Shown one piece after another: positions 10,393 to 20,221 of a DNA stretch of 64,000 bases; position 1 is the stretch's first letter, and each line of letters opens with the position of its first letter. Origin of the DNA: Bradymonadia bacterium (GTDB taxonomy: Bacteria; Myxococcota_A; Bradymonadia; UBA7976; UBA1532); the NCBI GenBank assembly GCA_046290225.1, contig JBKAGE010000035.1, positions 64,001-128,000 of the forward strand, in the 5' to 3' direction. The notes below the pieces were generated by a model. It had not been told where the DNA came from. It saw only the letters and a list, made by a program, of their open reading frames with translations, and ran no database searches. A program made the translations under genes and the position numbers.

Positions 10393-10968
10393 TCAGGTTG
10401 ATGGTGCAGTCCTACCCTTACGCGTCAGCCACACCATCACAGCGAGGCAAATCAACATCACCAGACCCACCACCGGGCTGGCGAGGAGCGGGAAGACATA
10501 GAGGACGCCCAGGCCACCGATGAAGTCTTCGCTGAGAGGCACGATGAGCGGCCAGCCCATCAGCACCACCGAAGCCACAGTCGCCGCAGACAGCGCAGAT
10601 TGTGGTGACCGACCTCCAGCGGCGATGCGCCACGTGATCATGGACACCAGCCACCAGCCTGGCGCGAGGGCGATGAACCCTGCCCCTGGAGTCCAGCGCG
10701 TGCGGATCTCTTCGCTCAACGCCGCACCCAGCACTGACAGGACCACGCTCACGGCAAGGACAACGAAGAACACAGTGGAGTTCGCCGGAGGGCTCTCGGG
10801 GTGATTGCGGCGCCACCGCCCGTTCAGCCACTTGCACAACGCCCCTCCGACCAACACCACCAGGGGGGACTCGAGGAGCACCGAGGGGCCCGCTGTGTTG
10901 GCCACGAGGCCGAGTCCGGGGAAAGCCGACACGTTGCACTCCTTCTCTTCGAGGCCATGGTACACCAT
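10393..10968 (-). CDS. Hypothetical integral membrane protein
   Basis: About five hydrophobic segments; fills the gap between neighbours. Start uncertain. Confidence 0.5.
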   Translation of the reverse strand: MVYHGLEEKECNVSAFPGLGLVANTAGPSVLLESPLVVLVGGALCKWLNGRWRRNHPESPPANSTVFFVVLAVSVVLSVLGAALSEEIRTRWTPGAGFIALAPGWWLVSMITWRIAAGGRSPQSALSAATVASVVLMGWPLIVPLSEDFIGGLGVLYVFPLLASPVVGLVMLICLAVMVWLTRKGRTAPST

Positions 10969-10973
10969 GCACC

Positions 10974-11315
10974 ATGAGCCAGCTCGAAGCCCATTGCCTC
11001 ACCCTTGTGCTCGAGGCCCTCGCCTGCACCCTGGTGATCACGATCACACGATGGGCGCCGACGTTGAGACGCTGGCTGCTGGTCTGCGCCTGCGCCTCAT
11101 TGCTCACACACCCCTTCGCCTGGTGGGCAAACCATGCGCTGCCCTGGCCGCCGTGGCCGCGCGTCGCTGTCATCGAAGGCATCGTCGTCGCAACGGAAGC
11201 CCTGATCTACTGGCGCCTCGCCCCCACATCGGCGCTGCGCGGGCTGATGATGAGCGTGATGGCCAATGGTGCCTCCTTCGGGCTCGGGCTGGTCATCCTG
11301 CTCTGGCTGTGGTGA
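10974..11315 (+). CDS. Small four-TM membrane protein
   Basis: LTLVLEA, SLLTHP, IEGIVVATEA and ANGASFGLG pattern; four hydrophobic helices. Confidence 0.7.
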   Translation: MSQLEAHCLTLVLEALACTLVITITRWAPTLRRWLLVCACASLLTHPFAWWANHALPWPPWPRVAVIEGIVVATEALIYWRLAPTSALRGLMMSVMANGASFGLGLVILLWLW

Positions 11316-12234
11316 GCCGCTCGGCCCCGAGCAACGCTGCGAGCAGCAGCGGCACTTCGATCCAAGCGTGCACGGCGGCGATGACGCCATAGAGGCGCCT
11401 GCTGGTGCCAAAATCCCCCATGAAGGCCACCAGCGTCACCACGCCCAGAGCGGCGATGATCATAGAGAAACGGCGATCCAGACCTCCAGGTACGAGCCGC
11501 GGCAACCCGTGAATCACCACGGCGTAGTGCATGCACTGAGCGAAGACAAAGGCGGTGAACAGATGCACGGCCCACGACGTGTCGATGGCCGCAGCAGGCA
11601 CGTAGACCGGCAAATGGTCCGAGAGCGTGCCGGCGCCGAGCGGGGACCACTCCAGCGCTGTGATGCCCAGAGGCGCGAGGGCCTGATACGGCCACCCGGT
11701 GGCGATCAGGGCGGGCAACGCCAGGAACACGATCACGGCCCCAGTGACCCATCGCCGACGGGATGTCTCGGGGGCCCCCTCGGCGATGAAGCCCACCGGT
11801 GTGAGGTTGTGGAGCCCAGCGAGGACGACGGCCGTCGTGACGGGCGCCACCTGAGTGCCCCATGCAACGGCGACGACAAGACCAAGGCCTGCTGCGGCCC
11901 TCAACATGCTACGGGCCCACAACGCTGGCAGGCTCACGGCGACGAGCAGGGCCACGAGGCTCAGCTCCACCGTACGGCCCTGAGCGCTGGTGATGACATC
12001 GAGCATGCTGAGCACTCGGGCGCTCACGACACCGGCGAGCAACACCCCAACAACTGCGACGACGGTGGTGGACCACCGACCGCCGAAGCGCTGGCCGACG
12101 TACCTCAACTCAGCGATGACGTGGGGCAGGCCAAAAAGGCCCAGGGTGAAGGTATAGAGCGCCAGGGGCCACGCGACGCAGGCCGCGAAGGTGAGCCCCA
12201 AACCAGCCCCCAGAGCCAGGGGGGCCGGACTCAC
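11293..12234 (-). CDS. Polytopic membrane protein with four His-containing motifs
   Basis: About nine TM segments with GLPHV, LHNLTP, QCMHY and VHAWIE. GTGA overlap with the upstream gene. Confidence 0.75.
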   Translation of the reverse strand: MSPAPLALGAGLGLTFAACVAWPLALYTFTLGLFGLPHVIAELRYVGQRFGGRWSTTVVAVVGVLLAGVVSARVLSMLDVITSAQGRTVELSLVALLVAVSLPALWARSMLRAAAGLGLVVAVAWGTQVAPVTTAVVLAGLHNLTPVGFIAEGAPETSRRRWVTGAVIVFLALPALIATGWPYQALAPLGITALEWSPLGAGTLSDHLPVYVPAAAIDTSWAVHLFTAFVFAQCMHYAVVIHGLPRLVPGGLDRRFSMIIAALGVVTLVAFMGDFGTSRRLYGVIAAVHAWIEVPLLLAALLGAERLTTARAG

Positions 12235-12806
12235 CGGCGAGTGCGACGCAGGGTGCCAGCGAGCAACAGGCCGGCGAAGAGGGCGCCGAGGCCCCAGCTG
12301 CCCGGCGCGCCGGGGCCAGCGAAGCAGCCAGCGCTCTCCTTGGGCGCGGGCGTGCTCGCGGTCTCGGCCGCCTTGCCTGCAGCTTTATCCGCGGGCTTCT
12401 CTGCAGCTTTCTCGGTGGGCTTCTCTGCAGGCTTCGGCGCCACCTTCTCGGGAGCCTTCTCAGCGGGCTTGGGCTCGACAGCAGGCTTTGCCGGCTCGGG
12501 CTTGGCCACGGGCTTTGCCCCATCAGGCATTGCAGGATCGACAGCGGGCTTGGCGGGCTCGGGCTTGGGTGCCTCGCCGGGCTTGCACTTCAGGCAGTCG
12601 TTACACACCGTCTTCGGTGGCGTGCCCTGGCTGTAATCATTCCGACAACACTGAGCGGTCTGGCAGGTACCCTTGGTCCCGTACCCCTCGCACACGTCCC
12701 CCTTGGACTTGCCGTTGCACAGCCCCTCTCTGGGATCGATGACGTCAGCGCTCGCCACTGACACCCCGAAGCACCACCCGAACATCAACAAGAGCCAAAT
12801 ACGCAT
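12231..12806 (-). CDS. Exported Cys-rich protein with Pro/Lys/Ala linker and MYXO-CTERM-like sorting tail
   Basis: Signal peptide, then an 8-Cys domain, then an EKPA/AKP linker, then SAGC...TM...RRTRR. ATG 12806 follows GGAGG. Confidence 0.8.
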   Translation of the reverse strand: MRIWLLLMFGWCFGVSVASADVIDPREGLCNGKSKGDVCEGYGTKGTCQTAQCCRNDYSQGTPPKTVCNDCLKCKPGEAPKPEPAKPAVDPAMPDGAKPVAKPEPAKPAVEPKPAEKAPEKVAPKPAEKPTEKAAEKPADKAAGKAAETASTPAPKESAGCFAGPGAPGSWGLGALFAGLLLAGTLRRTRR

Positions 12807-12930
12807 CACACCTCCAAAAAACAGCCTGGGGGCAGTTATGGCACCTCGTCTCGGCAAGGGCAATTCACATCAAACAACCCACCGAAACGATCAGCTGATC
12901 AGGCTCGCGTGATTGTTTATAGTCCCCACC

Positions 12931-13701
12931 ATGCGTATCCCCACCGCCTGCATCATCACCGCCTCTGCCCTGATTTTGGGTCAGGGCTGCCTGCTCGACA
13001 CCGAAACCTGCGGGCCAGGCTTCACTGAAGAGGCCGGGCGCTGTGTGCCGCGGAGCGCACCGCCCCCCTTCCCGGGCACGACCGATGGTGGTTTTGCTCT
13101 CCCTGATCGTGGTGTGGGGCCAGAGTTCGACATGGGACTCGTCCCCGACACGGGGGTGGGCTTCGAAGATGCCGGCTTCCCCGACGCCGACGTCGTGCCC
13201 GAGAACCCATGGGCACAGTACGACAGCGTCTTGATCGTCGATCGCACCGAACAATTCATCGCTGAAGAATGGCCCTTCAGCCCCGGCGTCGACTTTGCCG
13301 GCGTGAACATCCAACGGGTTTTCGACGACGGCGGCCTCGAGGTCAGCGGTGTGGCGAGCATTCTCGGGGCCATCATCAATGATCCCTTTGGCCAGAGTGA
13401 GTTCACCGATCCGCAGGTCCTCGTCGGCTTTGGTGGTGCAGCCCCTGTCTCTCTCGGTGGCAACGGTGGCTTTGTCTGGGCCTTGCTGCAGCCCGGCGTG
13501 CGGCCTCTCCAGGCTGGCGACGAGCTGATCCTCGATGCCTACTTGTTCGACGGCCCCGGCGAGATCTACGACGCCTACCTCTGCCCCTCCGACGCCGTGG
13601 AGTCGGAGCTGCCTGACGGCTTGCTGCCCCAGGTCGGTGCCTGTCGACTGCTCAACTCTGCCCTCGAAGGCGCGTTCTTCTACGTCTTGCCTGATCTGTG
13701 A
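12931..13701 (+). CDS. Hypothetical acidic lipoprotein
   Basis: Lipobox GQGC and a D/G/P-rich linker; GTGA overlap with the next gene. Confidence 0.7.
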   Translation: MRIPTACIITASALILGQGCLLDTETCGPGFTEEAGRCVPRSAPPPFPGTTDGGFALPDRGVGPEFDMGLVPDTGVGFEDAGFPDADVVPENPWAQYDSVLIVDRTEQFIAEEWPFSPGVDFAGVNIQRVFDDGGLEVSGVASILGAIINDPFGQSEFTDPQVLVGFGGAAPVSLGGNGGFVWALLQPGVRPLQAGDELILDAYLFDGPGEIYDAYLCPSDAVESELPDGLLPQVGACRLLNSALEGAFFYVLPDL

Positions 13702-14651
13702 AGCATCTACTCTGCACGCTCACAGGGCTGGCCTTGTGGGCGTGGGCACTCTCGGCACATGCCATCACGCTGCAATACGACGAAGAGGCCGACGTGCGAG
13801 GCTGCCCGGGGGCGCAGCGGCTGACGAGACGCATCGAGTCTCTGCTCGCCTCGCCTCAGCGCCATGCCAGCGCCACGATCAGTGTGCACGTGAGCCGAGA
13901 TCGACGAACGCTCTTCGCCGACATCACCGACGACGAGGGCGGACAACGTCGGCTCGCCGAGCCCTCAGGCCGCTGCCGACTGCTCAATGAGGCGGTGGCT
14001 GTGGCTGTGGCTGCGGCCCTCGAGCCCATCACCCTCCCAGCACCTCCAGTCATCAACCGGCCCACCATCGGTGTGCCGACGCTTGGCGAGCGCATCCCCT
14101 CCAGTGATCTTGTGGGCATCCAGGCACTCCCGGAACGCATCGGTGTCGGCCGCTCGTCTCCACCACGACAATGGTGGCTCAGTGGGGGCGGTGGCATCTT
14201 CACCGGGGTCGCCCCTGGTACCGCCCCGGGGCTCATGGGCACGGTGGGGATGAGCCGCCGGCCGTGGTCCTTCGCCTTGGAAGGCCGGCTCATGCGCAGC
14301 TTCAGCCGAGACACCAACGGCGGCCGCATCGAGAGCGACAGCGCCCTCGGTGGTGCCTGGGGCTGTCGCATGTGGGGCTTGCTGAGAGCGTGTGCTGGCG
14401 GTGTGGCTGGGGTGATCTTCGCTCGAGGAGAAGGCTTCGTCTCGTCCAGCGAGGTCACCGCGCCGTTTCTCGCCCCTGGTCTAAGGGGCGCCTTCAGGTG
14501 GCCTCGGAGCGGGCCCATCGCCCTCGATCTCTGGGCTGAAGGTCTGGTGCCCCTCTCTCGCGTCAGGCTGAGCGTCGACGACGCCCAAGCCTGGGAGAGC
14601 GCCCCAGCGACCTTTGGCGCCGGCCTCGAAGCCGTGCTGCGTTTTTTCTGA
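13698..14651 (+). CDS. Exported protein with a probable C-terminal beta-barrel-like domain (ECF-cluster associated)
   Basis: Signal peptide, N-terminal GCP...C domain and Pro linker, then amphipathic Gly/aromatic strands ending in Phe (LEAVLRFF). Confidence 0.65.
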   Translation: MKHLLCTLTGLALWAWALSAHAITLQYDEEADVRGCPGAQRLTRRIESLLASPQRHASATISVHVSRDRRTLFADITDDEGGQRRLAEPSGRCRLLNEAVAVAVAAALEPITLPAPPVINRPTIGVPTLGERIPSSDLVGIQALPERIGVGRSSPPRQWWLSGGGGIFTGVAPGTAPGLMGTVGMSRRPWSFALEGRLMRSFSRDTNGGRIESDSALGGAWGCRMWGLLRACAGGVAGVIFARGEGFVSSSEVTAPFLAPGLRGAFRWPRSGPIALDLWAEGLVPLSRVRLSVDDAQAWESAPATFGAGLEAVLRFF

Positions 14652-14680
14652 CAAAACCCCGGTGGTGGTCCCAATCTACT
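14643..14680 (+). promoter_or_regulatory. Putative ECF-dependent promoter (copy 1) just upstream of the ECF sigma start
   Basis: TTTTTCTGACAAAA...AATCTAC, a motif repeated at 16163-16200. Confidence 0.5.
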
Positions 14681-14682
14681 TG

Positions 14683-15249
14683 ATGATGTCCAGCACGACG
14701 GCCGCCACTGTTGACGATCCGCCTTGTGTGCCCGCCTCGACGCCGGCCTTCGCGACGATCTATCGAGATCACGTCGGTCACGTCTGGCGCACCTTGCGAC
14801 GCCTCGGTGTGGTGGAGCGAGATCTCGAGGATGCGACCCACGAGGTGTTCCTGGTGGTTCATCGCCGTCTCGACACCTACGATCCACAACGCCCGCTCAG
14901 ACCATGGCTGACGGGGATCGCGTGGCGGGTGGCCGCTGACGAACGCCGAAAGGCGCGCCACACTCGGGAGCAGATGAATGGCGGTGAAGGCCTCGCCGCC
15001 CATGCTGATCCCGGAGTAGGCCCTGAGGGTCACCTGGCCAAAGCGGAAGCCCGAGCGATGGTGGCTCGAGGCCTCGAAGCCCTCGATCTCGATCGTCGAG
15101 TGGTCTTCGTCATGTACGAGATCGACGGGTCCACCGGCAGGGAGATCGCCGAAGCCCTGGAGATCCCATTGTTCACGGTGTTCTCTCGACTGCGCTCGGC
15201 CCGCAGCCGGTTCAAGAAGGCGATCAAGGCCATGGAGCGAGGATCATGA
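14683..15249 (+). CDS. ECF RNA polymerase sigma-70 factor
   Basis: Region 2 DLEDATHEVFLVVHRRL..LRPWLTGIA; region 4 EIAEALEIPLFTVFSRLRSAR. Confidence 0.93.
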   Translation: MMSSTTAATVDDPPCVPASTPAFATIYRDHVGHVWRTLRRLGVVERDLEDATHEVFLVVHRRLDTYDPQRPLRPWLTGIAWRVAADERRKARHTREQMNGGEGLAAHADPGVGPEGHLAKAEARAMVARGLEALDLDRRVVFVMYEIDGSTGREIAEALEIPLFTVFSRLRSARSRFKKAIKAMERGS

Positions 15250-16160
15250 GCGAGCAGCAACCGCCTGATCTCGACCCGATGTTGTCGGCTCTGATCGACG
15301 CAGAGCGCGACGCCCCGGGGCCCGACGATGACACCGTCGACCGCATGTACGGACGCCTCGCTGCGGCTCTGCCCATCGCCGCAGGCGCCATCGCCGCCTC
15401 AACAGCTGCGACGAGCACCACCTCCGCAGCCTCTGCGGCGAGCACGGCGGCCACGAGCGCGTCGACCTCAGGGATCGGCCTCACAGCAGCCGGCAGCGCA
15501 GGTGCCACCACAGCCACCACCCTGGGCCTCAAGGGCTGGCTGCTCACCGCCAGCCTCGCCCTCGCAGGTGGTGGAGGCGGTTGGTGGCTCGCAGCCACGG
15601 TCACAGCACCAGAGATGAAAGACGAATCAGGCATCGAACACCCCTCCACGACACGGCAGAGCATCTCAGAGCAGCGTGCTACAAAGCCGCGTATTGTGCC
15701 TGACCAGGCGCTCACCCAACCCGTCATCGAACCACCTGCAGCCGAGCAGCCCTCGGCTGAGCCTCAATCTGCGGAGCAGGGCACCCTCGAGCCCGCTGTG
15801 ATCGAGCCATCCAAGGCAGCCCATACGCTGAGCGCCGACGCAGCTCTGAGCGAGGTGAACCCTTCCAAGGCGCCCAGTCGGCCCTCCGAAGCCCGGCTGC
15901 TCACACGGGCCATCAAGGCGCTCAAGCAACAGCAGCCCGAGAAAGCGTGGCGGGTGCTCGAGCACCACCGGCGTCTCTACCCAGGCGGTCAGCAAGCCGA
16001 GGAGCGTGATCGGCTCGCCATCAAGACACTGCTGACGCTGGGTCGAGTCTCCGCAGCTCGGCGACGCTACGACACCTTCGCTCGGCGGCATCCCCGTGCT
16101 CTGCATCTCGACCGACTCGGGGCACAAATCACTGCAGCCGAGAAAAATTCTGCCAAATGA
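15246..16160 (+). CDS. Putative anti-sigma factor (Ala/Thr-rich N-terminus, TM, C-terminal TPR-like domain)
   Basis: ATGA overlap with the ECF gene. TM segment and EARLLTRA...HRRLYPGGQQAEER TPR-like C-terminus. Confidence 0.75.
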   Translation: MSEQQPPDLDPMLSALIDAERDAPGPDDDTVDRMYGRLAAALPIAAGAIAASTAATSTTSAASAASTAATSASTSGIGLTAAGSAGATTATTLGLKGWLLTASLALAGGGGGWWLAATVTAPEMKDESGIEHPSTTRQSISEQRATKPRIVPDQALTQPVIEPPAAEQPSAEPQSAEQGTLEPAVIEPSKAAHTLSADAALSEVNPSKAPSRPSEARLLTRAIKALKQQQPEKAWRVLEHHRRLYPGGQQAEERDRLAIKTLLTLGRVSAARRRYDTFARRHPRALHLDRLGAQITAAEKNSAK

Positions 16161-16162
16161 TA

Positions 16163-16200
16163 TTTTTCTGACAAAAACCAGAGGGGCTCCCCAAATCCAC
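16163..16200 (+). promoter_or_regulatory. Putative ECF-dependent promoter (copy 2) upstream of the Cys-rich lipoprotein
   Basis: TTTTTCTGACAAAAA...AATCCAC, matching 14643-14680. Confidence 0.5.
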
Positions 16201-16285
16201 AGTGAGGGTCATATTAGACCTGAGTGGGAGAGACCCGACTAAGGGCCTCATGAGACTTCTTCTGACAGATGTTGGAGTATGTGTG

Positions 16286-17866
16286 ATGCATTCCACAGTA
16301 CGCACCGGTTTACTTTTGCTGTGTTTCACGGGGCTCACCGGTTGTGTCGTCGAGACCGCAGAGGAGATCGGGAGCAACGCCCAGAATGGTGAGGGCGGTG
16401 AGCACGACAGCGGCCTGAGTGGCGAGGGTGGCAGCGGGGGCGGCGCCGGCGGGCCAGGGGCCTACATCTGCCAAGCCAACAACGACTGTGAAGCCAATCA
16501 GGTCTGTGTCGACGGCATCTGTACCGCTCCACGGCCGAACACCCCTTCGGAGATCTGCGACCAGCTCGACAACGATCAAGATGGCACCATCGACGAAGGG
16601 GTCTGTGATCCCAACGTCGAATGCCAGTCGAGCGATGATTGCCCTCCGGATCTACGCTGTGTGCAGGGCGTGTGTGTTGAGATGATGGTGGCGCAGAACG
16701 AAGCCTGCGACGGCATCGACAACGACGGCGACGGCACGGTGGACGAGCAGCCTGTGCCCACGTTTTGCGCCGTGGCCATCGGCGAGTGTCGGGCAGAAGG
16801 CATCATCCTGTGTGAGCAGGGGGTCGAGACATGCAGCGCGCAGCCTGCCGATCCCGATCCCGAAGAATGCAACGCCCTCGATGATGATTGTGACGGCCTC
16901 GTCGACGAAGGTGTGTGCGGGCCTGATGTGGAGTGCCGCTCGAGCGATGATTGCCCACCTGGCTTGATCTGCGTCGACAACGTCTGTGCGCAGGATCCGG
17001 ACGATCCTTGTGGCGCCGACTTCGACCAGGACGCCATTGGCGAGCAGTGCGACAACTGTCCTCAGACATTCAATCCGGATCAGACCGATACAGACGGTGA
17101 TGGCATCGGCGACGCGTGTGATGACGATCCTCAGCCCGAGATCTGCGACGGCATCGACAATGACCTGGATGGTGTCGTCGACGAAGGCGCTCAGGGCGAG
17201 GTGGAGCTGTGTGGCGATCAAATCGACAACGACTGTGATGGCATCGTCGACGAGTACCTCAATGGCCGCTTCAGCGACTTCCTTGGTGAGGAATGCAGCG
17301 TGGGCACTGGCGCATGCTTTGCCGAGGGGCAAATCGTGTGCAGTGATGATGGCGCCAATGTGGTGTGTGGTGCGGTCGCAGGTGAACCGGCTCCTCACGA
17401 TCAGAGCTGCGATGGCATCGATGACGATTGCGATGGTGTAAACGACGAGAACTACTCGGATGTCGCACCACTCGAGCAATGCGGCATAGGTGCATGCGTC
17501 GCAACAGCGCCCTTCATCTGCGTCGCCGGTGAGCCAAACAACGCATGCCGCATCGCCGAGCCAGCCCCCGATGACGCCACCTGCGACATCGTCGATGATG
17601 ACTGCGACGGCGCCGTCGACGAGGACTTCCCCTTCACCAACACCTCATGTGGGGTCGGTGAGTGCGTGAGCAGCGGCGTTCAGCTGTGCAACGGGGGCCG
17701 GGTCATCGACAGCTGTGTGCCGGGCCAGCCGGCCATCAATGACGCAAACTGCAACGGCCTCGACGACGACTGTGATGGTCAAGCCGATGAGGACTGTGAG
17801 GTTGAATGTCAGGGTGCCGCCGACTGTGGCCCCAACGAGCAATGTGTGCAGGGCATCTGTCAGTAA
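16286..17866 (+). CDS. Cys/Asp-rich repeat lipoprotein (MopE-related metal-binding repeats plus TSP3-like repeat)
   Basis: Lipobox LTGC. About eight C-D/N-x-x-D-N/D-D-x-D-G repeats and CDNCPQTFNPDQTDTDGDGIGDACD. Confidence 0.85.
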   Translation: MHSTVRTGLLLLCFTGLTGCVVETAEEIGSNAQNGEGGEHDSGLSGEGGSGGGAGGPGAYICQANNDCEANQVCVDGICTAPRPNTPSEICDQLDNDQDGTIDEGVCDPNVECQSSDDCPPDLRCVQGVCVEMMVAQNEACDGIDNDGDGTVDEQPVPTFCAVAIGECRAEGIILCEQGVETCSAQPADPDPEECNALDDDCDGLVDEGVCGPDVECRSSDDCPPGLICVDNVCAQDPDDPCGADFDQDAIGEQCDNCPQTFNPDQTDTDGDGIGDACDDDPQPEICDGIDNDLDGVVDEGAQGEVELCGDQIDNDCDGIVDEYLNGRFSDFLGEECSVGTGACFAEGQIVCSDDGANVVCGAVAGEPAPHDQSCDGIDDDCDGVNDENYSDVAPLEQCGIGACVATAPFICVAGEPNNACRIAEPAPDDATCDIVDDDCDGAVDEDFPFTNTSCGVGECVSSGVQLCNGGRVIDSCVPGQPAINDANCNGLDDDCDGQADEDCEVECQGAADCGPNEQCVQGICQ

Positions 17867-17888
17867 CCCCACCTCTACCTCTTCAGCA

Positions 17889-20204
17889 TCAGCCCTTCTT
17901 GCCGTACTTCGGCAGCCCCATCGAGATCACCGGGATGGGATCCTTCCCGTTTTCACCGTACAGCGCCGAATAGATGATCCAGCTGCCCACCACGGAGCGG
18001 GTGTACCAGCGGGTCTCCTCGAAGGGGATCAGCTCCACCCACATGTCGAGGGGCAGCTTGCCCCGGGCTTTGAGCCAGCGCTTGAGCGCCCCCGGGCCCG
18101 CGTTGTACCCCGAAGGCAACAAGGGCAGCGTGTCGCGGACACGATCACCGATGTGGGCGAGGTAGCGGGTGCCCAGGCGCACGTTCACTTCGGGATCCCG
18201 CAGCGAGGTTCGGGTGATGGCCTTCTCTCCCTTTTTCCGCATCGACTTCGCCGTGGGCATGATCAACTGCATCAGGCCGAAGGCGTTGGCGAAGGACTGC
18301 ACCGCGGGGTTGAAGCCGCTCTCTTCTCGCATGATGGCCCACACGAAGAACGGATCGATGCCCACCTCTTTGGCGGCTTTCTGTACCAGGGGCCCGAAGG
18401 CCTGGGGGTAGCCCATCTCCCAGTGCTGGCGGAACGGCCCTGCCGGTGACACGCGCTGCCAGGCGTTCAGCTGGCGCCGCAAGATGTTGTGGCTGATGCG
18501 CCATGCACCTGCGCTGTGGAGCACCTTGGCGCTGAACCACAACATGTTGTCACCCTTGGCTTCACCCTTGAGGGCGCTCCAGGCGAGCTCTGCGAGGCCC
18601 AGGCGGGCGAGGAGCACGGCCCGCTGCGCCACCTGCGGATCGAGCCCAGCGGGGATCTCCACACCACCCGGGGCGCCCTTCACGGGACGCACGCCTGGGA
18701 GACCTGCCGGCGCACGTTTCACAGCCCTCAGGGCATCGCGCATGGTGCGGCGGGCCTTTGTCTTGCCGAGGGCACGCAGCCGGCTATAGGCCAGGGCGCC
18801 GTACCAGCTCAGCGGGTAGTCCTGGATGACCGCGGAGTAGCCCTCGGTGGCGGCTTTACGGTTGCCCTTGAGCTGCTGCACCCGCGCCCACCAGTACTTC
18901 GCCCGGCCGGCCACGCCGTGCTTGTGGGTGGGCTCTGGGGGCAAACGCTCCTGCAGCGCCAGCAGGCTGAGGGCGTCGTCGTAGGCTTTGCGCTTGATGG
19001 CGCTCATCACCGTGAAGAACAGCGCCTCGGAGACCATGTCCCCCTCAGGGAACCGCGCCACCAGGCGCCGGGCCACCCGCTCGGCGGCCTCGGGATCCTT
19101 CTTGTCGTCGAGCAGGTGCTTCACCAGATAGAAGCCGCCGTCGTCGCCGAGGCGATGATCAGGGTGCTTCTCCATCAGCGCCTTGAAGCTGTTGCCCGCC
19201 TCGTCTTCCTTGGCCATACGCTCTTCGAGGAGCGCCAGCCGATAGCGGGACCACGGCAGCAGATCGCTCTCGGCGGCGGCGCAGCTCTTCACCGCGGCGG
19301 TGAACTGCGGCAGGGCCTCGCTGTACTTGCGCAGCTTCCGCAAAGCCCGGCCGAGGGTGTACTGCACCTGACAGGCGGTCTCGTCGGTGAGGGCTTTGGG
19401 CGACAAGCCCGCGAGGGCCTCCACCACCTCGGTGTTCCGGTGCACCTTGAGCAGCTTCTCACCACGCTTCAACCGCTCGTTGGGCTCGAGCCGGTTCCAG
19501 TCCGGAGCCAGATCAGGCCGGGCGGTGATGATGCGCTCGGCGATCTGTGCGCCTTCCTTTGCTGCCCAGTGGGTGGAGTGCTCCACGTGCAGGCGCCGCA
19601 GGTGGGGGATCGCGTCTTCTGGCAGCTCTTCGTCGGAGAAGACCATGGCCTTTCCGAGCAAACCCACTGCCTGATCACCCCCGCGGCCGCCCTCGATGAG
19701 GGTGTCGTAGACCTGGTGGGCCTCTTCGTAACGCTCCAGCTTCCGCAGTGCCTTGGCCATGTAGCGACGGGCCATCCAGCGGAATGGCCCCCCAGGGCTC
19801 ACCTTCTTCGCCGTGGCGAGAGCACGCTCGTAATCGTTGAGGGCGGTGTAGGCCTGGGTCTGCCAGAGCCGGGCCTGATCCGCGAGAGCGGGCAGAGCCT
19901 CGGGCACCCCCTCGAGGGCCTTCAGCGCCCGCTCGTGGGCCCGCGCCTCGAGCCAGAGCCAGCCCTGAGCCGCCCGGGGGCCCGGGCCCTTGGCGGTGAT
20001 CTTGCGCGCCGCCTCGGCGTATTGCTGCCGGGCGATGAGATCGCGCACCTCGGCGTCTTTGGGCCCCAGACTGATGGGGGCGAGCTCGGCGGCGGTGAGC
20101 ACGCGCTTCGGCGGTGCGGCGTGGGCACCGCAGGCGGAGAGCCCTACGACAAAGGCCAGAGCGCTCAGCGCGACGAGAGGACGGCGTACAGCAGAAATAC
20201 GCAT
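17889..20204 (-). CDS. Soluble lytic murein transglycosylase (SLT domain) with TPR-like helical repeats, lipoprotein
   Basis: AIMREESGFNP, AFGLMQLIMPTA, GYNAGPG and IPFEETRWY motifs; lipobox LSAC. Confidence 0.92.
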   Translation of the reverse strand: MRISAVRRPLVALSALAFVVGLSACGAHAAPPKRVLTAAELAPISLGPKDAEVRDLIARQQYAEAARKITAKGPGPRAAQGWLWLEARAHERALKALEGVPEALPALADQARLWQTQAYTALNDYERALATAKKVSPGGPFRWMARRYMAKALRKLERYEEAHQVYDTLIEGGRGGDQAVGLLGKAMVFSDEELPEDAIPHLRRLHVEHSTHWAAKEGAQIAERIITARPDLAPDWNRLEPNERLKRGEKLLKVHRNTEVVEALAGLSPKALTDETACQVQYTLGRALRKLRKYSEALPQFTAAVKSCAAAESDLLPWSRYRLALLEERMAKEDEAGNSFKALMEKHPDHRLGDDGGFYLVKHLLDDKKDPEAAERVARRLVARFPEGDMVSEALFFTVMSAIKRKAYDDALSLLALQERLPPEPTHKHGVAGRAKYWWARVQQLKGNRKAATEGYSAVIQDYPLSWYGALAYSRLRALGKTKARRTMRDALRAVKRAPAGLPGVRPVKGAPGGVEIPAGLDPQVAQRAVLLARLGLAELAWSALKGEAKGDNMLWFSAKVLHSAGAWRISHNILRRQLNAWQRVSPAGPFRQHWEMGYPQAFGPLVQKAAKEVGIDPFFVWAIMREESGFNPAVQSFANAFGLMQLIMPTAKSMRKKGEKAITRTSLRDPEVNVRLGTRYLAHIGDRVRDTLPLLPSGYNAGPGALKRWLKARGKLPLDMWVELIPFEETRWYTRSVVGSWIIYSALYGENGKDPIPVISMGLPKYGKKG

Positions 20205-20221
20205 GTCGGAGCCTGTCTTGT

